From the NCBI GenBank assembly GCA_963666565.1, contig OY762911.1, positions 2,624,001-2,688,000 of the forward strand: 64,000 bases of DNA. The letters are read 5' to 3'. The DNA is from Thermoanaerobaculia bacterium. GTDB taxonomy: Bacteria > Acidobacteriota > Thermoanaerobaculia > Multivoradales > Multivoraceae. The position numbers and the translations under genes were made by a program. Positions 28,776 through 38,455 of the stretch are shown piece after piece; within the stretch, counting starts at the first letter, position 1, and every line of letters begins with the position of its first letter. Under the pieces are notes generated by a model that did no database searches, had not been told where the DNA came from, and saw nothing but the letters and a program-made list of their open reading frames with translations.

Positions 28776-30191
28776 CTACATGTGGATCGCCCGGCCGTGG
28801 ACGGCCAGCGCGGCTTCCTTGATCGCTTCGGCGAGGGTCGGATGGGCGTGACTGGTGCGGAAGAGGTCCTCCGCCGAGGCGCCGAAACCGATCGCCGCCA
28901 CGGCTTCCGCGATCAGGTCGCCGGCGTGGCTGCCGAGGATGTGGACGCCGAGCACCGCGTCCGTTTCGGCGTGCGCCAGCACCTTGACGAACCCCTCCAG
29001 GCTGCCGGCGGCGCGGGCGCGGCCGATCGCCCGGAAGGGGAACGTCCCCTTGCGATACGGCGTGCCGGCCTCCTTCAGTCGCTCCTCGGTTCTGCCGACG
29101 GAGGCGACCTCGGGCTCGGTGTAGACGATGCCGGGGATCTCGTCGTAGTCGATGTGGACGTAGCCGCCGGCGATGCCCTCGACGCAGGCCATCCCCTCCT
29201 CCTCGGCCTTGTGGGCGAGCTGCGGGCCGCCGATCACGTCGCCGATGGCGAAGACGCCGGGCGCCGATGTGGCGAAGCGTTCGTCGACCTGGATGAAGCC
29301 GCGCCCGTCCACCGCGACGCCGGCTTCCTCGAGCCCCAGGCCGTCGCTGATCGGCACGCGGCCGACGGCGACGAGAACCCGGTCGCACTCGATCGGGTCG
29401 GCGCCTTCGACCTCGACGCTGCAGGCCGCGCCCGCGCCGCCGTCCTCGACCGTGGCGCCGAGGACGCGGCAGCCGAGCCGGATGTCGAGGCCCTGCCGGC
29501 GGAAGATCTTCTCGGCGGCGGCGGCGATCTCCGCGTCGGCGCCGGGCAGGATGCGGTCCAGGTACTCCAGCACGACGACCCGCGAGCCGAGCCGGTTCCA
29601 GACCGCGCCGAGTTCGAGGCCGATGTAGCCGGCGCCGATGACGACCAGGCTTTCGGGCACGGCGTCGTAGGCGAGCGCTTCCGTGCTGGTCCCGATCCGG
29701 TCGCCGTCCAGCTCGATGCCGGGCAGGGTGGCGGGGCGGGAGCCCGTGGCCACGATCACGTTCCGGGCCTGGATCGTCCGCTCACTCTGGTCGCTGGCGA
29801 CGACCACGCTTCGCAGTTCCCCGTCGAGCTCGCCGAGCCGCGCCCGGCCCTGGATGTGCTCGATCCCGTTCTTCTTGAGCAGCGACGAGACGCCCCGCGT
29901 CAACGTCGTCACGACGCGATCCTTGCGCTTCATCATCGCCGCCAGGTCGAGACCGATCTCGCCCGCGACGCCGCCGTGGGCCGCGAGTTCGCTGCGCGCC
30001 GCGATCAGCCGCTGGGTCGACTCGAGGAGCGCCTTGCTCGGAATGCAGCCCACCCGCAGGCAGACGCCGCCGGCCGCCGCGTACTCGTCGACCACCGCCG
30101 TGCGAAAGCCGAGCTGCGCCGCCCGGATGGCCGCGACGTAGCCGCCGGGTCCGGCGCCGATGACGAGAAGATCGACCGGCGTGTCAGTCAT
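28776..30191 (-). CDS. lpdA: Dihydrolipoyl dehydrogenase (E3)
   Basis: Motifs GAGPGGY, GGVCLRVGCIPSK, GAGYIGLE and HPTLAE. Confidence 0.97.
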   Translation of the reverse strand: MTDTPVDLLVIGAGPGGYVAAIRAAQLGFRTAVVDEYAAAGGVCLRVGCIPSKALLESTQRLIAARSELAAHGGVAGEIGLDLAAMMKRKDRVVTTLTRGVSSLLKKNGIEHIQGRARLGELDGELRSVVVASDQSERTIQARNVIVATGSRPATLPGIELDGDRIGTSTEALAYDAVPESLVVIGAGYIGLELGAVWNRLGSRVVVLEYLDRILPGADAEIAAAAEKIFRRQGLDIRLGCRVLGATVEDGGAGAACSVEVEGADPIECDRVLVAVGRVPISDGLGLEEAGVAVDGRGFIQVDERFATSAPGVFAIGDVIGGPQLAHKAEEEGMACVEGIAGGYVHIDYDEIPGIVYTEPEVASVGRTEERLKEAGTPYRKGTFPFRAIGRARAAGSLEGFVKVLAHAETDAVLGVHILGSHAGDLIAEAVAAIGFGASAEDLFRTSHAHPTLAEAIKEAALAVHGRAIHM

Positions 30192-30197
30192 GCGACG

Positions 30198-31808
30198 TCA
30201 GACCTCGATCAGCATCCTGGCCGGGTCCCGGATCGCCTCCTTGATGCGGACCAGGAAACTCACCGCCTCGCGGCCGTCGACGATGCGGTGGTCGTAGGTC
30301 AGGGCGACGTACATCATCGGGCGGACGACGATCTCGCCGTCCACGACCATCGGCCGGTCCTGGATGGCGTGCAGGCCGAGGACGCCGCTCTGCGGCGGGT
30401 TGATGATCGGCGTGGAGAGCAGGGAGCCGAAGATGCCGCCGTTCGTGATCGTGAAGGTGCCGCCCTGGAGTTCGTCGATGCGGATGCGGCCCTTTCGGGC
30501 GCGGCCCGCGAAGTCGGCGATCGAGGACTCGATCTCGGCGAAGGACATGCGCTCGGCGCTTCGCAGCACGGGCACCATCAGCCCGCGGTCGGTGCTGACG
30601 GCGATGCCGACGTCGTAGTAGTTCCGGTAGACGATGTCTGTCCCCGAGATCTCGGCGTTGAGTCGCGGGAAGCGGCGGAGGGCGTCGACGGCCGCCTTGA
30701 CGAAGAAGGAGAGGAAGCCCAGGCGCACATCGTGGCGTTCGGCGAAGGCGTCCCGGTACTGCCGCCGGAAGTCGATGACGGCGGACATGTCGATCTCGTT
30801 GAAGGTCGTGAGCAGGGCCGCCTGCTGCTGGGACTCGACCAGGCGCTGGGCGATCCGGCGGCGGATCGGCGTCATCGGAACCCGTTCCTCGGCCCGCTCT
30901 CCGGCTGGCCGCGTGGCGGTCGCGGCCGCCGTTGCCGGCGCGGGCGCTGCTGCTGCCGCCGCGGGTGCGGGCGGCGCTGCCGCCGCGGGTGCGGGCGGCG
31001 CTGCCGCCGCGGGTGCGGGCGGCGCTGCCGCTGCGGGTGCGGGCGGCGTTGCCGCCGTCGCCGGTGCGGGTGGTGTCGCTGCCGCTGCCGGTGCGGGTGC
31101 ACTTGCCGGCGGTGGGGCGGGCGCCGGGACAGGCGGCGCCTCTTCGGGTTGCGCCTGCGCCGCCGCTTCGCGGGCGGCCAGCCAGGCGAGCACGTCGCTC
31201 TTGAGCAGCCGGCCGCCCTTGCCCGTGGCGGGAATCCGCGAGGCATCCAGGCCATGCTCGGCGATGAGACGCCGGGCGGCCGGCAGAATGGGCCGGTCTT
31301 CCGTGGCCGGAGCGGCGGGGGCAGGCCCGGCGGCGCTCGTCTGGCCCGTCGCAGGCGCGGTTGCCCCGGCTGCGACTGTCTGGCCCGCCAGCGGCGCGGC
31401 GTCGGCCGCGGCGGCCTGGGCTTGCGGGGCCGGCTCGACGGACGGCGCCGCTGCCCTTTCCGCCGACGGTTCGGCGCTGGCGAGCAGGTCGCCCTGGGCG
31501 CCTCCCGGCGCTGCCGCATCGGTCGCCGCCGCGGCGACGCTCGGTGCAGCGACCGCGCTCGCCGCAACGGCGCCTTCCTCGATTCTCGCGATCACGCCGC
31601 CGACTGGAACGGTTTCCCCCTCGGCGGCGACGATCTCCGAGACGACGCCGGCGACAGGCGAGGGCATCTCGACCGTCACCTTGTCCGTCTCGAGTTCCAC
31701 CAGGGGCTCGTCCCGGCCGACGTGCTCGCCGGGGTTCCTGATCCAGCGGACGATCAGGGCCTCGGTGATCGATTCGCCGATCTCGGGGATCGTGACTTCG
31801 TAGGTCAT
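30198..31808 (-). CDS. sucB: 2-oxoglutarate dehydrogenase E2 (dihydrolipoyllysine succinyltransferase)
   Basis: Lipoyl motif ETDKV, E3-binding GKGGRLLKSDV, GTFTITNGG and catalytic YDHRIVDG. Confidence 0.96.
   Translation of the reverse strand: MTYEVTIPEIGESITEALIVRWIRNPGEHVGRDEPLVELETDKVTVEMPSPVAGVVSEIVAAEGETVPVGGVIARIEEGAVAASAVAAPSVAAAATDAAAPGGAQGDLLASAEPSAERAAAPSVEPAPQAQAAAADAAPLAGQTVAAGATAPATGQTSAAGPAPAAPATEDRPILPAARRLIAEHGLDASRIPATGKGGRLLKSDVLAWLAAREAAAQAQPEEAPPVPAPAPPPASAPAPAAAATPPAPATAATPPAPAAAAPPAPAAAAPPAPAAAAPPAPAAAAAAPAPATAAATATRPAGERAEERVPMTPIRRRIAQRLVESQQQAALLTTFNEIDMSAVIDFRRQYRDAFAERHDVRLGFLSFFVKAAVDALRRFPRLNAEISGTDIVYRNYYDVGIAVSTDRGLMVPVLRSAERMSFAEIESSIADFAGRARKGRIRIDELQGGTFTITNGGIFGSLLSTPIINPPQSGVLGLHAIQDRPMVVDGEIVVRPMMYVALTYDHRIVDGREAVSFLVRIKEAIRDPARMLIEV
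30952..31047. repeat. 24-bp coding tandem repeat (three perfect copies and one near-perfect) in the sucB linker
   Basis: Unit gctgccgccgcgggtgcgggcggc encodes PPAPAAAA. Degenerate units continue to about 31100. Confidence 0.9.
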
Positions 31809-31842
31809 GGTTGACGTTCTCGGTTGTTGCTACGGACCGGAC

Positions 31843-31865
31843 GCGGGCGGAACGCCCTCGTTCCC
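31843..31865. repeat. Degenerate REP-like unit between sucA and sucB
   Basis: gcgggcg-gaa-cgccctc-gttccc has the same hairpin plus g..ccc tail layout as 7407-7430. Confidence 0.45.
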
Positions 31866-31900
31866 CGGGGTGCCTGCGGTTGCCGTCGGGCGTGGGCCGC

Positions 31901-34822
31901 TCACTCTGCCGCCGCCGGGTCGGCGAACGCCGATTCGATCAGTTCCTGCTGTTCTTGCTTGTGGCTGCTGGGCGAGCCGGTGGCCGGGCTCGCCGACTGC
32001 GGCCGGTAGACGGCGGAGAGCGGGCGGCCGCCGATCTCGAAGCCGAAGTTCAACCGCAGGTAGGACCAGGCGCCCATGTTCCTGGGCTCTTCCTGCACCC
32101 AGCGGACCTCGGCCCCGGCGGGAAACTCGCCGAGCGCGGCCTCGACTTCTTCCCCGGGGGCCGGGTAGAACTGCTCCATGCGCAGGATCGCGTGATCGTG
32201 CGCGCCGATCTCCCGGCGGTGGGCGTCCAGGTCGTAGAACACCTTGCCGGCGCAGAGCAGGATCCGGCGGACCTTCGCCCGGTCCTCGCCGGAAGCGAGC
32301 GCCGGATCCCTCAGGACCGGCTGGTAGCGGCCGGCGGCGAGTTCCGCGAGAGACGACCCGACCTCGCGGCGCCGCAGCAGGCTCTTCGGCGTGAAGACGA
32401 CCAGCGGCTTGCGCTGGGCCCTCTCGACCTGCCGCCGCAGCAGGTGGAAGTACTGCGCCGGCGTCGACGGGTAGACGATCTGCATGTTCTCTTCGGCGGC
32501 GAGCAGCAGCCAGCGTTCGACGCGGGCGCTCGAGTGCTCGGGCCCCTGGCCCTCGAAGCCGTGGGGCAGCAGGATGACGAGGCCGCTCAGCCGGTTCCAC
32601 TTGTCCTCGGCGCTGGTGATGAACTGGTCGATGATGACCTGGGCCGCGTTGACGAAGTCGCCGAACTGGGCTTCCCAGAGCACCAGGCCGTCCGGGTAGT
32701 CCAGGCTGAAGCCGTACTCGAACCCGAGCACCCCGGCCTCCGACAGCGGGCTGTTGAAGATCTCGACCGGCTCCTGGCCCTCGGCGACGTTCATCAGCGG
32801 CCGGTAGTTCTCGTCGGTCACGCGGTCGTGCAGCACCGAGTGGCGCTGGCTGAACGTCCCGCGCTCGCAGTCCTGCCCGGTCAGCCGCACGCGGTGGCCG
32901 GACTCGGCGGTCGCCGCGAACGCGAGCGCCTCGGCGGCGGCCCAGTCGAGCGGCCGCTTGCCTTCGGCCATGTCGGCGCGGGCGGCGAGGAAGCGGCGCA
33001 GGTTGCGGTGCAGGTTGAAGCCTTCCGGCAACTCGACGAGCCGCCTCAGATACTCCCGCAGCTTGCCTTCGTCGACTCCGGTGTCGGGCTCCGGGATGTC
33101 CTCCATCCGGCCGCCGACGAACGCGTTCCAGACGCCGTCGTAGGCCTGCGGACTCGTCTTCTCGTTCATCCGGCGGGCGGTGGCCAGAGCCCCCTCGAGT
33201 CGCTTCTCCTCGCGCTGGATGTGGATCTCCGCCTCCTCGGGTTCGATCTCGCCGAGTTCGAGCAGGTGCTCCAGGTAGTGGACCCGGACCGGATCGCGGG
33301 CCCGGATGCCGTCGTAGAGGATGGGCTGGGTGAAGGCCGGTTCGTCGCCCTCGTTGTGCCCGCGCCGGCGGTAGCAGTAGAGGTCGACGATCACGTCGCG
33401 GCGGTAACGCTGGCGGAAGTCGAGGGCGACGTTGACGACCTGGGCCACCGCCTCCGGCTGCTCGCCGTTGACGTGGAAGATCGGCGCCTGGAGCATCTTC
33501 GCGACGTCGGTGCAGTAGGTGTTCGAGCGCGAGCTCTCGGGCGGCGTGGTGAAGCCGATCTGGTTGTTGACGACGACGTGAAGCGCGCCTCCGATGTGGT
33601 ACGGGGGAAGCTGCGACAGGTTGAGCGACTCCTGGACGATTCCCTCGCCGGCGAAGGCGGCGTCGCCGTGAATGAGGAACAGCACGGCCCGGTCGCGCAG
33701 GTCGTTGCCGATCCGGTCCTGCTTGGCGCGCACGCGGCCCATCGCCACCGGGTTGATGAACTCGAGGTGGCTCGGGTTGAACGACAGGGAGAGGTGGATC
33801 CTGCGGCCCTGGTCCGTCGTCCAGTCGCTCGAGTGCCCCATGTGGTACTTGACGTCGCCGCCGCCCTTGTACTGATCCGCGTCGAGGTCCTCGAACTCGC
33901 GGAAGATGTCCCGGGTGGGCTTGCCGACGATGTTCGCGAGCACGTTCAGCCGGCCGCGGTGGGACATGCCGAAGACGATCTCCACCGCGCCCTGCTCGGC
34001 GACCTTCTCGATCGCCAGGTCGAGCAGGGGGATCAGGCTCTCCGCGCCCTCGAGCGAGAAGCTCTTGGCGCCGAGGTACTTCTTCTGGATGAACTCCTCG
34101 AACACCGCGGCGTCGATCAGCTTCTTCAGGATGCGCACCTGCTCGCGCCGGTTGAGATGGACCCGGTTGGCGCTGACCTCCATCCGCTCCTGGAGCCAGG
34201 TACGGACCTCCAGGTCGTCGATGTGCATGAACTCGGCGCTGATGTACTGGCAGTACGTTTCGCGCATCCGTTCCAACACTTCGCGCACCGTCGCGGTGTC
34301 GGCGCCGGGGATGCCGGCGGTCGAGACGGTGCGGTCCAGGTCGCTCTCGCTGATGCCGAGTCCCTCGAGTTCGAGTTCCTCCGGCAGCACGGGCGGATTG
34401 CGGAGCGGGTTGATGTCGGCGTACAGGTGGCCGCGGATCCGGTAGTTGCGGATCATGTCGTCCACGCGGCGCTGCAGCTCGATGGCTGCGGTCAGGGCGG
34501 AGGGCGCGCTGGCCTGCGCCTGCGCCGCGGGCGGTTCGGGCGCCGGCGTGGCTGGCCCGGGCGTGGCTGGCCCGGGCGCCGCGGGCCCAAGAGGCGCCGG
34601 CGCGGCGGTCGCCGGGGGTGCGGCCGCTCCGTTGCCGCCGAACAACGACGGCGGCTCGAGCGACGGCGCCAGGGCGCCGCTGCCGAGTTCTCCGGCGGCC
34701 GCCAGCGAGTCGAAGTAGCGTCGCCACTCTTCGCCGAGGGATGCCGGATCCCGGCGGTACTCGGCCAGGAGCGTCTCGACGTAGTCGAGAGAGAGGCTGT
34801 GCAACTGCTCTGGTTGGCTCAT
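31901..34822 (-). CDS. sucA: 2-oxoglutarate dehydrogenase E1
   Basis: Motifs FSLEGAE, GMSHRGRLNVL, GDVKYH, TPP-binding HGDAAFAGEG...NNQIGFTT, GHNEGDEP and WEAQFGDF. Confidence 0.97.
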   Translation of the reverse strand: MSQPEQLHSLSLDYVETLLAEYRRDPASLGEEWRRYFDSLAAAGELGSGALAPSLEPPSLFGGNGAAAPPATAAPAPLGPAAPGPATPGPATPAPEPPAAQAQASAPSALTAAIELQRRVDDMIRNYRIRGHLYADINPLRNPPVLPEELELEGLGISESDLDRTVSTAGIPGADTATVREVLERMRETYCQYISAEFMHIDDLEVRTWLQERMEVSANRVHLNRREQVRILKKLIDAAVFEEFIQKKYLGAKSFSLEGAESLIPLLDLAIEKVAEQGAVEIVFGMSHRGRLNVLANIVGKPTRDIFREFEDLDADQYKGGGDVKYHMGHSSDWTTDQGRRIHLSLSFNPSHLEFINPVAMGRVRAKQDRIGNDLRDRAVLFLIHGDAAFAGEGIVQESLNLSQLPPYHIGGALHVVVNNQIGFTTPPESSRSNTYCTDVAKMLQAPIFHVNGEQPEAVAQVVNVALDFRQRYRRDVIVDLYCYRRRGHNEGDEPAFTQPILYDGIRARDPVRVHYLEHLLELGEIEPEEAEIHIQREEKRLEGALATARRMNEKTSPQAYDGVWNAFVGGRMEDIPEPDTGVDEGKLREYLRRLVELPEGFNLHRNLRRFLAARADMAEGKRPLDWAAAEALAFAATAESGHRVRLTGQDCERGTFSQRHSVLHDRVTDENYRPLMNVAEGQEPVEIFNSPLSEAGVLGFEYGFSLDYPDGLVLWEAQFGDFVNAAQVIIDQFITSAEDKWNRLSGLVILLPHGFEGQGPEHSSARVERWLLLAAEENMQIVYPSTPAQYFHLLRRQVERAQRKPLVVFTPKSLLRRREVGSSLAELAAGRYQPVLRDPALASGEDRAKVRRILLCAGKVFYDLDAHRREIGAHDHAILRMEQFYPAPGEEVEAALGEFPAGAEVRWVQEEPRNMGAWSYLRLNFGFEIGGRPLSAVYRPQSASPATGSPSSHKQEQQELIESAFADPAAAE

Positions 34823-34931
34823 CGCCGCCTACCTCCGTGATCGAACGCTAGCAGGAGTCGCGGCGCGTCCTCCTCAGAAGCCGCCGCACCCGGTGTGAGC
34901 CGCCCTGCCGTGGTTCCAGGCAAGCCCCGGG

Positions 34932-35999
34932 TCAAGCGCGCTCCGCCTGGAGCCGCGGGTCGATCACGTCTCTCAGCGTATCGCCCACGAGGTTGAAACT
35001 CAGCACGGCGACGAAGATCGCCACGCAGGCGGGGGGAATCATGTGGCCGGCGGTGAACAGGTTCTCGTAGCCCGACCGCAGGATCGTGCCCCAGGAGGCG
35101 TCGGGCGGCTGGACGCCGAAGCCGAGCCACGAGAGCCCCGCCTCGATCAGGATGGACACGGCGATGCCGAAGGTCACGCTGACCAGCACCGGCGCCAGCG
35201 CGTTCGGCAGCAGGTGGCGCAGCACGAGCTGGGCCGGCTTGACGCCCAGCGAGCGGGCGGCCAGGGCGTAGTCCGTCTCGCGGATGCGCAGGATCTCGCC
35301 GCGCGCGAAGCGGGCGATGCCGACCCACCGGGTCAGGCCGATGACGATCATCACGTTCTCGATGCTGGGCGGGAACCAGGCCAGCACGGCGAGGATCAGG
35401 AAGAAGGGCGGGAAGCACATGACGACTTCGATGAAGCGCGAGATGACGAGGTCCGCCGCGCCGCCCGCGTAGCCGGCGATGCAGCCGAGCACGAGCCCCA
35501 GGATGACCGCGATGCCCATCGACAGGAACCCGACCTTCATCGACACGACGGTGCCGTGGACCATCCGCGACAGGACGTCGCGCCCCGACTGGTCGGTGCC
35601 CAGCCAGTGACGGCCGGAGGGTCCGGCCAGGGGTTCGGCGGCGATCTCCCGGGGACCGTAGCGCACCGGAGTCCACAGCGCCCAGTCGCCGCGCTCCGGG
35701 TCGAACTCCCGCTTGAAGTCGAAGGTCGCCAGGCGGTAGGGGCGCTTCTTCTGGACGATCAGGCTGGCGCCCGGGACCTGGTGGACGAGGTCGACGACCG
35801 CCGGGAAGTAGAAGCCGCCGTCGAACCGGCACAGGATCGGTTGTTCGTTGGCCAGGATCGGCGACAGGAAGGCCACCAGGAACAGCGCCGCCACCACGCA
35901 CAGGCCGATCATGCCGAGCCGGTGGGTGCGGAACCGGCGCCAGGTGATCCCCCAGTAGGAGCGGACCGGCGCGGGGTTGCTGGCTGCCTCGACCGTCAC
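34932..35999 (-). CDS. Peptide/nickel ABC transporter permease (DppC/OppC-like)
   Basis: Motifs HWLGTDQSGRDVLSR, EAA-type loop YALAARSLG...RHLLPNA, and GLSWLGFG. Confidence 0.93.
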   Translation of the reverse strand: MTVEAASNPAPVRSYWGITWRRFRTHRLGMIGLCVVAALFLVAFLSPILANEQPILCRFDGGFYFPAVVDLVHQVPGASLIVQKKRPYRLATFDFKREFDPERGDWALWTPVRYGPREIAAEPLAGPSGRHWLGTDQSGRDVLSRMVHGTVVSMKVGFLSMGIAVILGLVLGCIAGYAGGAADLVISRFIEVVMCFPPFFLILAVLAWFPPSIENVMIVIGLTRWVGIARFARGEILRIRETDYALAARSLGVKPAQLVLRHLLPNALAPVLVSVTFGIAVSILIEAGLSWLGFGVQPPDASWGTILRSGYENLFTAGHMIPPACVAIFVAVLSFNLVGDTLRDVIDPRLQAERA

Positions 36000-36000
36000 G

Positions 36001-36981
36001 TCACTTCTCGTAGCTGATGCGGGGATCGACCAGGCCGTAGGTCAGGTCGGCGATGAAGGTGATGCCGAGCACCAGCAGGGCGGTGATGAAGTTGAGCGCC
36101 ATGATCGTCGGGTAGTCGCGCTGCAGGACGGACTCGAAGTACAGGCGGCCCAGCCCCGGCCAGTTGAACATGTACTCGAGGATCACGCTGCCGCTCAGCA
36201 CGAACGGGAAGGTGAGGCCGATCAGCGAGATGAGCGGGATCAGGCTGTTGGTGAACGCGTGCTTGAGCACCACGCTCCGCTCGCCCAGGCCCTTGGCCCG
36301 GGCGGTGCGGATGTAGTCCTGCCGCACCACCTCGAGCAGGTTCTGGCGGATGAAGCGCGAGTAGTAGGCGAGGTTGCCGAAGGTGAAGCAGAAGGTGATC
36401 AGGACGTAGTGCTGCGCCAGGTCCCACATCTGGCCGAGCGTCGTCATCTCGTCGTAGCCGTCGGACCTCATGCCGCGGAAGGGGAGCAGGTCCCACTTCA
36501 CGCCCAGGTAGAGGATGAGCAGCATGCCGGCGACGTAGTTCGGCACCGAATAGAGCATGTAGAGCCCGGTGCTGACCGAGCGGTCGAAGCCGCCGCCCTG
36601 GCGCAGTGCGCTGTAGATCCCGATCGGCGTCGAGACGATCAGGGTCAGCATGAAGGAGAGCAGCGCCACCGACAGGGTGGGCCACAGCGCCTCGCCGATC
36701 TTGGCCGAGACCCGGCGTCCGTCGTGGAAGGACGAGCCGAGATCGCCCACCAGCACCTTGCCGATCCAGTTCGCGTACTGCACCGGGATCGGCTTGTCGA
36801 GCCCGTAGAGCTCGCGGAGCTGCTGGTAGACGCGCTCCGACACCGCGGCGTCGGCGATCTGGGAGGTCTGGATCTGGGCCGGGTCCCCCGGCACGAGCTG
36901 GATGATGAAGAACGAGATGACCGAGATGCCGAACAGGGTGACCAGCCCGGTGACGAGCCGGCGGAGGATGTAGCTGAACAA
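36001..36981 (-). CDS. Peptide/nickel ABC transporter permease (DppB/OppB-like)
   Basis: Probable TTG start at 36981 (LFSYILRRL). Motifs VPGDPA, YGLDKP, DYIRTARAKGL and FNWPGLG...RDYP. Confidence 0.93.
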   Translation of the reverse strand: MFSYILRRLVTGLVTLFGISVISFFIIQLVPGDPAQIQTSQIADAAVSERVYQQLRELYGLDKPIPVQYANWIGKVLVGDLGSSFHDGRRVSAKIGEALWPTLSVALLSFMLTLIVSTPIGIYSALRQGGGFDRSVSTGLYMLYSVPNYVAGMLLILYLGVKWDLLPFRGMRSDGYDEMTTLGQMWDLAQHYVLITFCFTFGNLAYYSRFIRQNLLEVVRQDYIRTARAKGLGERSVVLKHAFTNSLIPLISLIGLTFPFVLSGSVILEYMFNWPGLGRLYFESVLQRDYPTIMALNFITALLVLGITFIADLTYGLVDPRISYEK

Positions 36982-37034
36982 GGTCGTTCTCTCGGCGGGG
37001 AAGGGGCCTACAATATCGCCGCTGGAGGCGGCGG

Positions 37035-38426
37035 ATGAACGGGAGCAGTGCAACCGGCGACGACCGGCCCGTCCGGCGCGAGTTGGGCGCGGTCCTGCGG
37101 CTCGCTACGCCGGTGATCCTGGTTCAGGTCGGCATGGTGCTGATGGGCGCCGTGGACACGGCGATGCTGGGCCGCGTGTCCGAGACTGCGCTGGCCGCCG
37201 GCTCGATCGGCAACGCCCTGTCGATCGCGGTCATCTGGTCGTTCATCGGCATCCTGCTCGCGATCGACCCGATGGTCGCGCAGGCCTTCGGCGCGGGCGA
37301 CCGCCGGCGGATCGCCCGCGTCCTCTGCCGGGGGGTCGGCCTCGCCGTTCTCCTGTCCGTCCCGGCCACCGCGATCGTGCTGAGGCTGGAGCTCCTCCTG
37401 CCGCTCACCGGTCAGCCGGAGGCGGTCGTCGGGCCGGCCTCCGCCTACCTGCGGGGGATCGGCCCCGGCGTCGTCGCCTTCCTGCTCTTCATGTGCCTGC
37501 GGCAGACGCTCCAGGCGATGAGCATCGTGCGCCCGGCGCTGATCGCGACGGTCGTGGCGAACGTCTTCAACGTCGTCGCCAACTGGGCGCTCATCTTCGG
37601 CAATCTCGGCTTCCCGGCGCTGGGCGCGCGGGGCTCCGCCTTCGCGACTTCGGGGTCCCGCTGGGTCATGCTGATCGTCATTTCCGTGTTCGCCTGGCGT
37701 CATCTGCGCCCCTACTTCCGGGGCTGGAGGCTCCGGTGGCTCCGCCCGGCCGCCTTGTGGCCGTTCCTCTACGTCGGCGTGCCGATCGCCGTCCAGGTCT
37801 CGCTCGAGGTCACGGTGTTCAGCTTCGCCGCCGTTCTGATCGGACGGCTGGGGGAGGCGCAGCTCGGCGGCCACCAGGTCGCGATCAGCATCGCGTCGAT
37901 CTCCTTCATGGTGCCGCTCGGCTTCGCCGGGGCGGCGACGACCCGGGTGGGCAACGCGATCGGCCGTCGCGATCCGGACGGGGCGCGCCTCTCCGCTCTT
38001 GTCTGCCTGGGCCTTGGGACCGGCGTCATGGTCGCCTTCGGCGGCGTCTTCTTCTCGTTCCCGGGACTCATCGCGCGGATGTTCAGCGACGTGCCGGAAC
38101 TCGTCGCCGCCGGCGCGGCGCTGATTCCGATCGCCGGCCTGTTCCAGGTCGCGGACGGTCTCCAGGTCGCTGCCGCCGGCGTCCTGCGCGGCGCCGCGGA
38201 CACGCGTTTCCCCGCCGCCGTCGCTCTCGTCGGCTACTGGGTAGTCGGCATGCCGGCCGGCTACTGGCTGACCTTCCACCAGGGGCTCGGGCCGGCCGGC
38301 GTCTGGTGGGGCCTCACGTTCGGCCTCGTCTTCGTCGCGATCTTCCTGAGCTTCCGGGTGCGCTGGCGGCTCCGGCGCACCGAGCCCGCCAGCCTCGTGC
38401 CGGAGGATCCGGCGGACGACGAGTGA
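37035..38426 (+). CDS. MATE-family efflux transporter (NorM-like)
   Basis: Motifs VDTAMLGR, ALGARGSAFAT, TRVGNAIG, DGLQV...GVLRG and GPAGVWWGL, with about 12 TM helices. Confidence 0.92.
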   Translation: MNGSSATGDDRPVRRELGAVLRLATPVILVQVGMVLMGAVDTAMLGRVSETALAAGSIGNALSIAVIWSFIGILLAIDPMVAQAFGAGDRRRIARVLCRGVGLAVLLSVPATAIVLRLELLLPLTGQPEAVVGPASAYLRGIGPGVVAFLLFMCLRQTLQAMSIVRPALIATVVANVFNVVANWALIFGNLGFPALGARGSAFATSGSRWVMLIVISVFAWRHLRPYFRGWRLRWLRPAALWPFLYVGVPIAVQVSLEVTVFSFAAVLIGRLGEAQLGGHQVAISIASISFMVPLGFAGAATTRVGNAIGRRDPDGARLSALVCLGLGTGVMVAFGGVFFSFPGLIARMFSDVPELVAAGAALIPIAGLFQVADGLQVAAAGVLRGAADTRFPAAVALVGYWVVGMPAGYWLTFHQGLGPAGVWWGLTFGLVFVAIFLSFRVRWRLRRTEPASLVPEDPADDE

Positions 38427-38455
38427 CTCCTCGTCTCCTGTAGTCTCCCGCAGCC

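Noticed and set aside
30940-31100. Tandem repeats as a possible CRISPR array
   Set aside because: They are in-frame coding repeats with no unique spacers. No cas genes are present in the window.
26610-31814. 1734-aa plus-strand ORF (also 31811..34840, 8058..10292, 17447..20140, 47322..49334)
   Set aside because: These are antisense shadows of well-supported minus-strand genes. Such stop-free frames are expected at this GC content, and they show no recognisable motifs.
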